From contig CP060755.1 in NCBI GenBank assembly GCA_023205875.1, positions 682,001 through 746,000 on the forward strand: DNA of 64,000 nt. The letters run 5' to 3'. A program made the position numbers and the translations under genes. The notes under the pieces were generated by a model that was not told where the DNA came from, ran no database searches, and was given only the letters and a program-made list of their open reading frames with translations. Positions 35,701 through 43,152 of the stretch are shown here, piece by piece (the first letter of the stretch is position 1; each line of letters opens with the position of its first letter). The stretch is from Chloropicon primus (lineage: Eukaryota).

Positions 35701-38700
35701 AGTCTTATGGTGCGACAGGAGGACGTGGAATTGAGTGGCACTGGGAGCACTCTGATCGCTCTCAAGTCCAGCCATCCAGATTCCGCTCAGCCTGTCTACA
35801 TCATCACCGAACTTCCCGAAGCTGGGTACTTGCACGCTTACAACATGTCAGACCACGCGGGCCTGCCTGTGACTTCGAGGGGCGCACGAATCACGGCGGT
35901 GGGTCAAGAAGTCTCCGGATCAGCCGTTGTGTTTTCCTACGATGGTCCAGACAATGAAAGCCTGCGCTTCTCTTACACGGTGCGGGCCGGTCCATTGCCA
36001 GCAATGAATATCCCCGAAACCACCGTTGCTTTGAAGCAGAAAGCCAAGCAGCCCGGCTACGTCGCGGATGTTGCCGGTGATGCTGGGTATGCCGCACTTT
36101 TCGGCAGCGAGAGCAGTGGTCTGCGAGCAACGATGAGCCCGGCCACATTCACCGAGTTCACCTTCGGCATCTGGATGAACAGCAAGAACGCCTTCTCCTC
36201 GACACGAGAAGTGATGCTCGCGGAAGTTGGCGGAGTATTCGAACTGAACGTGACGCGCGTGGGAAGCCTTGTCTTGAAGGTCTACGACAGTTCTGGCTCG
36301 TACAGCCTCTTGAAGGAGTCTCTGGAAGGAAACCCGATCAATGACAAGAGCTGGCACTACATCGCTGTCGCGCTGGAGCACAGGGTTCTCAAGGAGGACA
36401 ACATCGCCACCGTCAAGGTGTACGTCGACGGAAAGGAAATCGCTTCCCAAGTCGTCTTCCTGAACTCGTTGAAGGCTAACCCGACGGTGCTGTCGGTGGG
36501 CAGCAACTTTGCCGGAATGGTTGACGAGGTCTCGTTCTGGAACAAGTTCTTCAGCTCCTCACACTCGACTATCGGGGGTACCTACGAGTGGTCTTTCGAC
36601 GGAAGAAAGCCTCTGACGGGCAGGGAGGAGGGCCTTCTTCTTTACTACAGGTTCAACGACGTCCGGGGCACGAGCGACGTCGCAATCAGTGATTCGACTG
36701 GAAAGTCTGAGCTGACCGCACACCACATCACTTTCGAGCCTTCGAGTGCGCCGGTAGGCGATTTGATTGACGTGGAGGAGGGCGCAGAGGCCACTTACGT
36801 GCTTCAAGGCAGTGCCAATTCCATCACGATCACGACGCTGCCCACAAAGGGAGTCTTGTATCATTCCTCAACCCCAGTGACCTCGGGCAATACTGTGTTT
36901 GCTGCTGGTGATTTTGAGTTCACGTACGTCCCTGGCAAGGGCGAGACCGGGTCTGATTCATTGGGTTACGTCTCCGGAGCTTCTGCCGAAGCCTTGGTTT
37001 CGATCAATATCAAGCCAGTGAATGATCCGCCGAGAATCACCTTCGCCAGCAGGAATCTGAACATGAAGAGTCTGGACGAAGATCTCGTGATCAAGCTGGC
37101 GGGGACGGATGACGATGGCGCGAACCCCGTACCAATTATTTGCGCGTTGCCAGAGTACGGCACCTTGTACCAGTACGACGGAAAGGTCATATCCTCCGTT
37201 CCCGCGGAGGTTTTCGACAGCGACGGCAGAGTTCTGTACACCCCGCCAGTGAACGATCGTTTCGGAGGCAAGGACAGTTTTGCGTTCACGCTCTCCGACG
37301 GAGTCCTGCAGTCCAAGGAGATTCCCTTGACTATTTCGCTGACCTACGACCACGTGAAAGAGATCAAGAGTGGGGACGACATCGACTTCACTGCGGTGGC
37401 CTTCAACGGAAGCCAAAGCTTCACGGTGGAGTTCTGGATCAAGTTCCTCGCGGGAACGGCCCGCCGCAGGCAGCTGGCGGCATACAAGTACTCGGCGGCT
37501 AACAACCTGGGCCAAACGTACATTGACTTTGCGACGGATGACGGCGTCGCTTCGATGCTGCAGACGGCGGACGCCGTGATGGCGAAGGGAATGGAAAAGC
37601 CCATCGACACACACGACTCGAGCTGGCACCACGTCGCGGCAACGTACGATGCCGTGGATAAAATCAAGAAAGTTTTCGTTGACGGAAGCTTGGACTTGAG
37701 CCAGAGCATTTCCGTTGCCAGCAACGCTCACGGCAGCGTGGGCATTGGCTCGAAGAGGTACATCTCCCAAATCTTGTCAAAGTACTTCGATTCCTCTCAG
37801 GTCATTTCATCGGCCTTCAATGGCTACATGGATGATCTGGGAGTATGGTCCTACCCAAGAAGCGTGGCGGAGATCCGCGAATCGATGAGGCACGGAATCT
37901 CCGGAAAAGAGAGCGGCTTGGTTCACTACAACGGCTTCCAGGACGAGCAGAGCGCAGTGACCCTGTCCGCGCCGATTGTGGGCAAGGGTGGCTTTGCCCT
38001 GCAAACCTCGCAAGGGAAGTATCTGCAATTCGATGGCGCACTCTACAGCCTTGCCGGAGGCTTCAGCGTCTCTGCTTGGTTCAGGACATCCTCGAGTAAC
38101 CTCGAGTACTCCTGCTTGATCTGCAGGGGCTCTCTGCTTGGCGAGTGGGCGTCGTCCGGAATGTGGAGTCTGCAGTGGTCGAGGAGCGGCCTGGGATTCC
38201 ACGTCATGGCGTACTCGGGGGAAAACCCAGTTATTGTATCTGCGGATACCGGCTCCTTCTTCAATGACGGAGCTTGGCACCATGTCATCGCGACGTTTAA
38301 CTCTGCCACGGGTGACATGAAAGTCTACGTCGACGGAAACGAGGCTGCTAGCAAGGCAGCGATATTCTCGAGCACAATTCAGCCTGTGACCATCGGTGTT
38401 GATGCTTCCGGGACTTATGCCAGCACGTACAACGGCCTGGTCGATGAGGTCGCCTTCTGGAGCAAGGGCCTGAACGAGGAGGAGGTCTCCCTCTTGCTCG
38501 CGGACACCTTGACTTTGCCTGCCACTGCGTTCCTGACAAACTATTATACGTTCAACCAGATATCTGGAAGCTCAATCGTGTCGGACGCCGGGGGCCCAGA
38601 CGTGACATTCTCTTCCCAGAACATGATCGTCGAATCCACGCTGCAGCTCGAATCTGTGATTCCCGAGGTGGAGTTGCTCGCCCTTATCGACCTCCACGGC

Positions 38701-41700
38701 TTCAGCGAGATTGGCGAGCGCCTGGAATTTGTGATCGACGAGCTTCCAAAGTATGGCCGACTCTCGACGCTGGACTCGAACGGGGTCAAGGTGAATGCGA
38801 CTTCGGACGGATTCCAGACCCAGAACCACCAATTCGAGTACAGGAGGTACGAGAGGAGCGAAATCCCTGGCGCGCCGTCCAAACTGTCCGAGGATGAGTT
38901 TGCGTACAGGGTGACGAACGGAAAGTTGTACAGCAGGAAAGTTAGGGTGAAGATCATTCTCAAGGAAGAGAGGGAGAAGCCAGTTGCGATCCCAAAGACC
39001 GTCCAAGTGCTTGAGGACACCCCGACGCTGATCTCTTTGGAGGGTTCCATACCTGGCGGAGACTCGTCTTTGCTCCAGAGCGCGAAAATTCATTCTCTGC
39101 CAGAGAACGGAGAGCTTTCCTCCACGTTCCTGAGCATGGATGGAAGCGGAAAGTTCCCGGTCACGTACACCCCGTCAGAAGATTTTGACGGAGAGGACAC
39201 GTTCATGTTCCAGGTGATTGACTCCTTCGGAACGTTCTCGAGCCCCGCGGTCGTGAGGGTGACCGTCCTGGCTGTCAACGATGCGCCTCAGATCCACGCG
39301 CCTCCAACAGTGAGCATGACGTCAAACAAGACGATCATCGGCGGAATACAGATCATTGACGTTGACGCGGGCAGTGCGAACATGACTCTCACCATCAAGA
39401 CTGGCAGCGACCTCGAGAAGCTTTCCTTCACCAGCTACGAAGGAATGCAATCTTCCCTGGAGGTCTCGGCCGACATAAACGCCCTGAACGACATGCTGTC
39501 CACCTTGTTCTTCACTAATCCAAGCAAGGAGGACACGACAATCTTGATTGCGGTGTCCGACAACGGAAATTCTGGCCAAGGCGAGACCCTGACGACCACC
39601 ACAACGATCAATGTCGTCTTCGAGAGGCTTCCTGCGAGCCAGGCTGTCTTTACGACGAGCTTGCTGGGCATCCACATCGATTACCTGTACCCAATGGCGC
39701 GCGCGGCGTCGGAGTCGACGACAGATTGTTCCCAATACTTTTCGCCAGAAACTGCAGTCAAGCTCGGTGAGGGAAGCACTTGCTTCCTCACGCCCAAGAG
39801 ACTTGAGGTGTTCTTCGGGACGAATCCTGCGGTTCTGTCCGGCGATATGCTCAACCTCAATGGGAATGTCTTGGTTTTCCTTTGCAGTCCCAACGATGTG
39901 GACGATGGGTGCATCTCGGGCCTGATCGCTCCGTTCGTGATCGTCCTGCAGCCGCCCACGGACCCCGTCCGACCCGTGGCGAAGATCGGCGGGCCAACAA
40001 AGGTTGGCGTCTGCGAAGAGTTTACTTTGGACGCCTTCAACAGCCTTGGTGCTGCCGGAAGGGCTTTGCAGTACACGTGGAGCATCTTGGACAGTCCACA
40101 GGGCTTCACCGCCGTGACTGACCTGGCGACTGGAGCAATTACGATTCCAGCCAGCGTGCCCTCGGGGACCTACGTCTTCAGCGTGAGCGTCACGAATTTC
40201 ATCAACAAGCAGAGTTTGCCCTCCAACATCACGGTCGTGAAGGCCCTGGAGCCCTTACCAGTCGTCACCATTACTCCGAGGGAGGACATCGTTACCAGGA
40301 ACATGGAGTTCTTGATCAGCGGATTCGCGAAACAGACCCTCTGCCCGGGAGAGGTAGACAGGGTGTCTCTGGCGTACAGCTGGAAGCAGACGTCAGGGCC
40401 AACCCAAGTCGCGTTCAATGTTGCGCCAAACAACAGAAGCATAACGGTGAAGGAGAACACGCTGATGCCCACCTTCAGCTTGTCCGATAGGTATATGTTT
40501 GAGTTCATTGCCTACAACGTGGCGAACGCTTCCCTGAATTCCAGCGCGGTATCCGCGATCACTGTGTCACCAAGGAACCTCTTTGCTTCGATCGAGGGCG
40601 GCAACAGAATGGTCACGAGCACGATCCCGCTCGTTCTCGATGGCAGCAAATCCTTTGACCCTGATGGAAGCTCGGTCACTTCCGCGTGGAGCTGCTCCAA
40701 TTACGACGGAAGCACTTGCACGGAGCTGCTGGACGTCGATACCTCGAAGTCCACGCTGACTATTCCGGCGGGAACGTTTGGATCAAAGAAGGTGACCTTC
40801 ACTATGACGGTGTACGGCGGCTTTGTCGGGGACACGAGGACTGCGGAGTTTTCCGTCGCGTACGAGTTCACCACCGATCAGATTCCAACCGTGTACATCA
40901 ATGCTTTGAGCGCTTCCAAGGTGAACCCAGAGTCTGATTTGAAGCTCAGCGGTTCCGCGGTGTCCAACGTGAACTCGGCAAGGAGGATCGACTACTCGTG
41001 GACGGCTGTGGGACAGGCCGACGTTCAGAACTGCAGCCCACAGCCCGAATGCCAGATCGCGGGTGTGATCCCCATCGAGATCACTAGCACCTTGCAGGAG
41101 CTGGTGGTCAAGGGGGGCTCTTTGTCTCCTGGACGCTACCTTTTCACTCTCACGGCCATCGATGGGACGCTTTCTGCGTCGGCTAGCATACCGGTCGTTG
41201 TGAACTCTCCTCCAAAGGGCGGTGTCCTGCAAGTCCAGCCTACCTCCGGCGTTGAGCTGCAGACTGCATTTGTGATCAGCACGTCGCAATGGGACGACGG
41301 AGACACTCCTCTCAAATTCCAGTACTACTACGTGACCAAGTCCCAGCAGAAGATCAACCTCGGAAATGCTGTTGGGTCGTTCGCGAGGGAGACCAAGCTT
41401 CCAAATACGGCCACGAGAATTGGCGTCACCGTGTTCGATTCTTTCGGCGCCTCGACTTCCAAGACAGCACTCGTGTCGGTGAGCTCTCTTCTCAGCGAAG
41501 GTCTGTCGGCCACGGAGGTGAATGATGTGTTCAACCAATCCGTGTCGAACGTGAAGGACATAGCCGCTGCAGGAAACGTTGGTGAAGCCGTTACGGAGAT
41601 CTCCAACTTGCTCGAATCTATGAACAGTGCCAGCGGCACTTTCACGGGCAGCGACGACGTGAAGGCGAGATCGGAGCAGCGTAAGGAGCTCTTGACCGTG

Positions 41701-42846
41701 ATATCCGACAGCATTGATCAGGTGGACCAAGACAATGTCGCAGACATCCTGCAGTCCATCACAGGCTTGACGTCTGTGAGCACCGAGGTGTCGTCTGAGA
41801 GCGAGGAGCTGGCCTTCAATTCCGTGACGAACTTGATGGACGAAATTCTGGCCAAGGACCTCAAGGTGGACGCCGCGGTGGCTGATGCCTTCGTGGGAAC
41901 CCTGTCCAACCTCATTGACGTTGTATCGGGCGACTTCTCGACGTCAGATTCCAGTGCCTTGACTCAGATCGACACGCTCCTCACCCAGGTCTCCGTTTTG
42001 GCTGTGGCCAACTTGGAGGTCGGAGAGAAGTCTGTATTGACGACGGACAAGTTCAACGTGGAGGCCGTGAAGCCAGACCTCGAAGCAGAAACAGTGTCTT
42101 TGGGAGATTTCACAATTCCTTCGGGTGCTTTGAGTTTCTTGGGACAGAGCAGGAGAAGGAGCCTGCTCCAGACACCGGACTACGTGCTGGTTTCGAAAAC
42201 GTACTCCGTGGAGAACGGTGTGGCTTTCAATCCCTACGGGGTCGCGAGTACAAAGGTGCCCATCTCAGTGGTATCTGGCATCAAGGTGGCGCACGCAAAT
42301 GGCACAGAGCTGGACCCACAGCCCGCGATCTTCAACGAAGCGGACGCACTTGTGCTTAACCTGCAGCAGATCCGAACTATGAAAGAGCACTCCACTGCCG
42401 AGTGCAGTTATTGGCAGAAGACGAGATGGTCTTCCACCTACATGAGCGTCCAGAACGATGCGTCCACAATCAAGTTTGAGCCTGATGTCATCCCGCCTTA
42501 TGGGGACATCGTGTGTACGGCGCAGACGTTTGGCGACTTTTCCGCCTTCGAAAGCCTTGCCCCACCACCACCTCCACCAAGTCCTCCACCACCACCTCCA
42601 AGTCCACCACCACCAAGCCCACCTCCACCGCCATCTCCGCCACCACCACCACCACCACCAAAACAAAAGGAGGAGCTCAACCTGGGACTCGTCATTGGAC
42701 CAATCGCTGGTGCGGTCGTTGTGATCGGCGTCGTGCTCTTCGTGCTCCGCAGGAGAAAGAGACTCCGAAGGCAAACCATCCTTCCCGATGTTTACTCTGG
42801 ACTGGGTGACGAGGAAAACGACGAGGAGGACAACGAAAGCGTCTAG
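23776..42846 (+). CDS. Giant single-pass surface protein (~6,356 aa): signal peptide, EGF, ~10 LamG/ConA-like domains with cadherin/Big-like spacers, REJ/PKD region, GPS-like motif, Ser-Pro stalk, TM, short tail
   Basis: Uninterrupted 19-kb ORF. Hydrophobic N-terminus; CPNECSGRGLC..CECDVGYGGRDC; repeated G(Y)AL.FDG..DG.WH..YVDG..F.G.IDEV; repeated I/VT.LP..G.L..Y.P..D.F.Y; REJ motifs LDGSKSFDPD, NSPPKGG, W.D.DTPL.FQY, V.DSFGA; CSYW..W..C; SPPPPP; LVIGPIAGAVVVIGVVLFVLRRRKR. Confidence 0.9.
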   Translation: MGYSRYSVAPWLVPLLVAQVLFASVLLAEAEGCPNECSGRGLCVESTLRCECDVGYGGRDCGVELLSLGEDLNIANEIENLVGRDEGRPSAEVVVPSVLKNALIYADNIGQDTESEAWRNHIRTITPRRLVEGGGTAGAGCGFYDIFYEGCGSSSACFYGEVACSAESPFYSFYDGFIPHAPNTHVNETFETNFADQNDIFGSQELSLATSSTGESFLGLFPNGRSLLVTLTNLPATAADVTVKLRLLVDDANFAVDLEKVTEMFQLSVVGEEATIQSVLYKGYKSEVGMPNYHLEFRYRYAKELMRFKIQMTGLGSAKWGIDDLSVVSLVDNYQPEANDLQVFTSADPLGGSTAVELRGSDLECDDLTYRVTSLPTNGSLYLCECDKIWTKAIAPLDLPAVVTGPCNRVVYQPQVSAPAADSGVYDVFTYDVVDSKGHASDLASVKVFLTQNSSKHIPVAGDEGMALDFDGRDNILSLSRALVHPLSSFTIEVRFKALGDLSAGTLMSSEGQFDIGFKETLGVFAAFETPQGTVTASAQGYQYDAWHHLAVTFGETALNMYVDGVAVSTVAHNNATLKAGTSYVTVGGKLVSGKVDETTSFRGQIDEIKIWSREHSSDTISGLYARGGDMGQAGLLVYHNFNHGVDVPVQTAAYDASPNAVDAFFGTLNEEGVSSGLASQFPSYAQSSDSFGNAFTTKEDAPLDIALQGGTTCDLPPCGVSFVISTLPDHGSIFDKDKLITSSPHGISGRSVRYVPDADYNGGDVFKYQASNGDALSAKRGVVLTIEPVNDVPVCASSKTEVTAQGNDTYITLQYVDPDDDFTKVRVTRIPTKGILYQVSDTGAKGELIHSSGTEVTSLSNLVIFSPSGPSPKGDSDGNYDDFGYEIRDDYGTSQECQVQVKVAQSVCDTKPVAGQSGYALSFSGRNEVAHLGQMSSYASDDSFSMGLHFRTSYSTQGSLMTLLAAGPFEIKWDKLGLLLQVEGSAIPTRKSFADGYWHDLVLAHDAGVTSLYVDGLLYGSMNATVKLEEPDTIRLGHTIGSSNGFHGEVDEVTIWTASREGDGPYAAHWQFNEGSGRYITNRVTGSVFLSLGNSGISEFQPEWATSTLVTDNGMSVEDTSPSAYQLACSSSHTEDLEAVLLALPSSGKLFYTEDGVTKSYEITGVPTLVSKSRVLYEPSSLDCASGEERGSADNFAYACAGDLAESMHGILGSSFYGTTSATMSQFLNTTDLQQKLDSVPEPTRTAPSAQYIEGSTPDLASDTLFYGAGITGSPPGTPPFDVQYADPMIPATPSPPPMRKLAQDALDLLVSTMYPELNRGGTADFSVQISSVKFQLAFDRTDFDEQTDAVKAEFLKEVVLEVAREASVMSDSVEVLSYSAFPFNVKARVSYMAGGLDAQKNAVSLTKKLQSSPISMFSDGFSVNYGDATLEDISSETITPPTLSHVDESCVPFSDVQVVTVDLVNVNHYPGGCLAGNCTYTFATADAFQVDLPATDEDCDALEITVTQLPQHGTLHTAINSTWENMVGSGHVIQADSEATAVLYYQPEANQNLDDGFSYVISDGRVVSKESTVSLIVDSNGLSTIAGLTGNAGYSLYFDGVDDVLQVKNSLADVSKALTVSFWFKLSLMVTDGTVFSASPFELRWSKIKGLEFSDGDATVSLPQSLNDGEWHFVVASSSDGVLSLHLDGARAQEVTGRIPGAAAVALDLTFGAVEGGVPSFHGHLDEVAIFSSDYAKTLDDIFYKERCSSSTLQCLTGTEEGLVGYYKFSDGEGGIARDSSSMKSDAVLGLEGKTHTDPEWSTSFVPLRNTLDVFEGEEVVFHLDASPSEIGSFVTTLPGNGNLKTAGKTVKAGDNIKSDASVTYVPKAKFYGSDSFSYAADSAAEGLGTNVFITVHPVLASRPPVAKASSIYVDYQSPSAVKVNLKVSKGHPLSVLRVGVSYLPADGILYQDSSLEKPVEVGAMLPAPVVYYQPTLNSQDEYDRFGFFVEDVTAEDELSLGSPPSLIRAGRQASAIQQSSVTIYPENTYLVNSDTPLSGLAGLSLLFDTGKQYATLGLLSSYVVVAPTTSYSVAFYMKTQAVVESEVEVMSIGQGAHSPKLTLSKMKGASLCYAGSCVSSRKSLNGLGWVYIKTSFVEDGGKTTEIQLQVDSDKPKSMALSEATAVTKGADTAIVLGSSCGASPCSPVVSGEIDEFSVTSDGKEVAHFRFNEVSGDKLVDSVSGLEKGTLGSGSANEPSRVTSSCPVERQSVSLLQKSEKVVELKALTTEPAATKLVYTVTKLPAVGSLKESASGKTIKSVPRKISGESVVFVAPTGSSGSTEFRYVVDVEGDGIMAGQSAEAVVDVLILEQTEVELSSTSFAFSLDENKVLKIDLSLALASEDAKATLTPFQYHITALPEAGHLYSSDKEALSSAGIPVDSGLVTFVPPANAMGDFSFGYQVSRGASVSQEIGVTISVDGNQAIEFHEGSVIKAARTNGTSLIKDFTVQAWVKSSDLQSTVYQLVSTAQTTLQFDLQRTDVKFDTQVSWPISLTSVSDYSVDLGRWSHVSFVCSDTKKALFLDGVLVGLAATFPDDAAGATGEDNTIVIGSPATQHGRFLLDEVQIHNRELDQHEIIQTMNSKYEDGAIGKYLAHHKQQGPHYDYSWELRTSIVGDYNVRKLHTPTSVSSVGQRDERIWKAVNADGVIDATVGSGYALAFDGIDDKFVDEVKNAVSQNGVCLELYFKVPASAGYSMALGSVGNVAVSWTKYGGLGIEVPCTDSKGGCRIDTGMDLDDNMWHFLSVTAEYVESLVNYPSVAPDNVKVTVKIDSTFERFRLYDNFDVLGSKAEVVLGSSSKSGDYSMVKFKGALDHVLVSDARKEVTYNVYDFDGDLNGSGYESAAISGSPSHIFSSAPVPFKAISTAEDQPVLVNLLGHDVDAEALMVYLKGAEGGDVLDTSGNKLEFCGMGLSLEHGTCSGSLITDSAVVFAPHENAHGRFRVEYILDDGYSSANYTREIEVLPVNDLPVLEGDKSIDMQHAGESGYLRVAEGAIAITASGDGSQPVHTLELDVAHDADSGDALTYVLTMPPKHGQLYAHSRDCVGQPDCVAKALNQGGFFYASGSKLRVFYVQNEMERSMRIAGADEFSYSVTDGNSGACLGTCQSGDPYYTPTSTVVLANLNALGMAEQASAGAYEDNLGHAVELLGGSHSMIELSLSEGNHMNGEMTLEFYVKTAAAPLNNLVLLQGLSDSIPAFEIKVTRSGLVSLTCGSEIDTSLTLNDGLWHHVLVSRDSGNSYYFFVDGVKLHSEAGADSAASLDTFVLLQGLPGSVDDVKLRRVFHTTVGDVKCNYGACPSSGIVAYFPMEKYTAGSQYDTISDESSSGTGTVLGKCFQCKKVVSDSPLSRVTELTLQYKRGSKIDVSLPGSGENFVVTQIPEGGVLYDNQTMVEMNHPPYLLSGSVVSYEPEGGSGLLQYMTTSSSSGLVDEYNFLSDGNGVPLNKDFRSMRLNAVPMPSHPIHVGESVHPQFSVAEGGSVAVQLAVSDEDFPDEKVDIMVTTLPETGTLYAMHDGVLREVRAMVPLGNSVEGKQATATAFFVSSPANAIGTSVTFGYMAKDKHGLESMERLVSIHVTDGSSGGALPDLDGVACERSDCPIFMSDTKSYEIPQTPKVTVSMSAVTPLHFVEGASTVTLLQLPSTGFLSEPLTSKKITQVPYRTQNTYVNYQAFARNSTTPVEDSMHYRYVAQGHEHQVKIGLTVVPDLYAPPVVKGGIHVDLKMNGSRAGVLVEIECTSSIATGTMDLIVTSLPDHGNLLLLDGTAVTPGSKVNTGSDARATLLFKPTASESGDTSFGYVAFDGLSTSKEEYASISLNDGALPGSSSMEAFENTPTVLSLGGESFASIQILAAPAGASLFQLSDDAKKGGEIVTLPSGVTNKDNRILLIPHDMVCASGSSCESVSQLRYASMDGASREESLTITIHPVSQAPSLMVRQEDVELSGTGSTLIALKSSHPDSAQPVYIITELPEAGYLHAYNMSDHAGLPVTSRGARITAVGQEVSGSAVVFSYDGPDNESLRFSYTVRAGPLPAMNIPETTVALKQKAKQPGYVADVAGDAGYAALFGSESSGLRATMSPATFTEFTFGIWMNSKNAFSSTREVMLAEVGGVFELNVTRVGSLVLKVYDSSGSYSLLKESLEGNPINDKSWHYIAVALEHRVLKEDNIATVKVYVDGKEIASQVVFLNSLKANPTVLSVGSNFAGMVDEVSFWNKFFSSSHSTIGGTYEWSFDGRKPLTGREEGLLLYYRFNDVRGTSDVAISDSTGKSELTAHHITFEPSSAPVGDLIDVEEGAEATYVLQGSANSITITTLPTKGVLYHSSTPVTSGNTVFAAGDFEFTYVPGKGETGSDSLGYVSGASAEALVSINIKPVNDPPRITFASRNLNMKSLDEDLVIKLAGTDDDGANPVPIICALPEYGTLYQYDGKVISSVPAEVFDSDGRVLYTPPVNDRFGGKDSFAFTLSDGVLQSKEIPLTISLTYDHVKEIKSGDDIDFTAVAFNGSQSFTVEFWIKFLAGTARRRQLAAYKYSAANNLGQTYIDFATDDGVASMLQTADAVMAKGMEKPIDTHDSSWHHVAATYDAVDKIKKVFVDGSLDLSQSISVASNAHGSVGIGSKRYISQILSKYFDSSQVISSAFNGYMDDLGVWSYPRSVAEIRESMRHGISGKESGLVHYNGFQDEQSAVTLSAPIVGKGGFALQTSQGKYLQFDGALYSLAGGFSVSAWFRTSSSNLEYSCLICRGSLLGEWASSGMWSLQWSRSGLGFHVMAYSGENPVIVSADTGSFFNDGAWHHVIATFNSATGDMKVYVDGNEAASKAAIFSSTIQPVTIGVDASGTYASTYNGLVDEVAFWSKGLNEEEVSLLLADTLTLPATAFLTNYYTFNQISGSSIVSDAGGPDVTFSSQNMIVESTLQLESVIPEVELLALIDLHGFSEIGERLEFVIDELPKYGRLSTLDSNGVKVNATSDGFQTQNHQFEYRRYERSEIPGAPSKLSEDEFAYRVTNGKLYSRKVRVKIILKEEREKPVAIPKTVQVLEDTPTLISLEGSIPGGDSSLLQSAKIHSLPENGELSSTFLSMDGSGKFPVTYTPSEDFDGEDTFMFQVIDSFGTFSSPAVVRVTVLAVNDAPQIHAPPTVSMTSNKTIIGGIQIIDVDAGSANMTLTIKTGSDLEKLSFTSYEGMQSSLEVSADINALNDMLSTLFFTNPSKEDTTILIAVSDNGNSGQGETLTTTTTINVVFERLPASQAVFTTSLLGIHIDYLYPMARAASESTTDCSQYFSPETAVKLGEGSTCFLTPKRLEVFFGTNPAVLSGDMLNLNGNVLVFLCSPNDVDDGCISGLIAPFVIVLQPPTDPVRPVAKIGGPTKVGVCEEFTLDAFNSLGAAGRALQYTWSILDSPQGFTAVTDLATGAITIPASVPSGTYVFSVSVTNFINKQSLPSNITVVKALEPLPVVTITPREDIVTRNMEFLISGFAKQTLCPGEVDRVSLAYSWKQTSGPTQVAFNVAPNNRSITVKENTLMPTFSLSDRYMFEFIAYNVANASLNSSAVSAITVSPRNLFASIEGGNRMVTSTIPLVLDGSKSFDPDGSSVTSAWSCSNYDGSTCTELLDVDTSKSTLTIPAGTFGSKKVTFTMTVYGGFVGDTRTAEFSVAYEFTTDQIPTVYINALSASKVNPESDLKLSGSAVSNVNSARRIDYSWTAVGQADVQNCSPQPECQIAGVIPIEITSTLQELVVKGGSLSPGRYLFTLTAIDGTLSASASIPVVVNSPPKGGVLQVQPTSGVELQTAFVISTSQWDDGDTPLKFQYYYVTKSQQKINLGNAVGSFARETKLPNTATRIGVTVFDSFGASTSKTALVSVSSLLSEGLSATEVNDVFNQSVSNVKDIAAAGNVGEAVTEISNLLESMNSASGTFTGSDDVKARSEQRKELLTVISDSIDQVDQDNVADILQSITGLTSVSTEVSSESEELAFNSVTNLMDEILAKDLKVDAAVADAFVGTLSNLIDVVSGDFSTSDSSALTQIDTLLTQVSVLAVANLEVGEKSVLTTDKFNVEAVKPDLEAETVSLGDFTIPSGALSFLGQSRRRSLLQTPDYVLVSKTYSVENGVAFNPYGVASTKVPISVVSGIKVAHANGTELDPQPAIFNEADALVLNLQQIRTMKEHSTAECSYWQKTRWSSTYMSVQNDASTIKFEPDVIPPYGDIVCTAQTFGDFSAFESLAPPPPPPSPPPPPPSPPPPSPPPPPSPPPPPPPPKQKEELNLGLVIGPIAGAVVVIGVVLFVLRRRKRLRRQTILPDVYSGLGDEENDEEDNESV
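42559..42660 (+). repeat. Extensin-like (SPPPP)n coding repeat
   Basis: cca/cct/agt codon repeats encoding [34 protein letters not shown]. Confidence 0.9.
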
Positions 42847-43152
42847 GTACAGATTGCTTGCTGCTCTTCCTATTTGTACTAATATATCAAACAACTGTGT
42901 AATATAGATAAATGCTTTATCTTGATGGTCCGACTCCGGGAAGGACGTCGAGGAGATCCTTCCTCAAGCCCGTGTTTGTCCAAAGATTCCACCTTTCCCT
43001 CCTTCCCTCATCTTCTAACGCTCCCTCTCTCCCCTTGGAGGACGATCCTCTCTCTGTGTGTCGTATTCAAATTTTTTGACAGGTATACCGGTACCAGCAG
43101 AAGGCCTGGGACGCTGGAACGGAAAGGGGAAGACGAACTTGGAGACGAAGTC

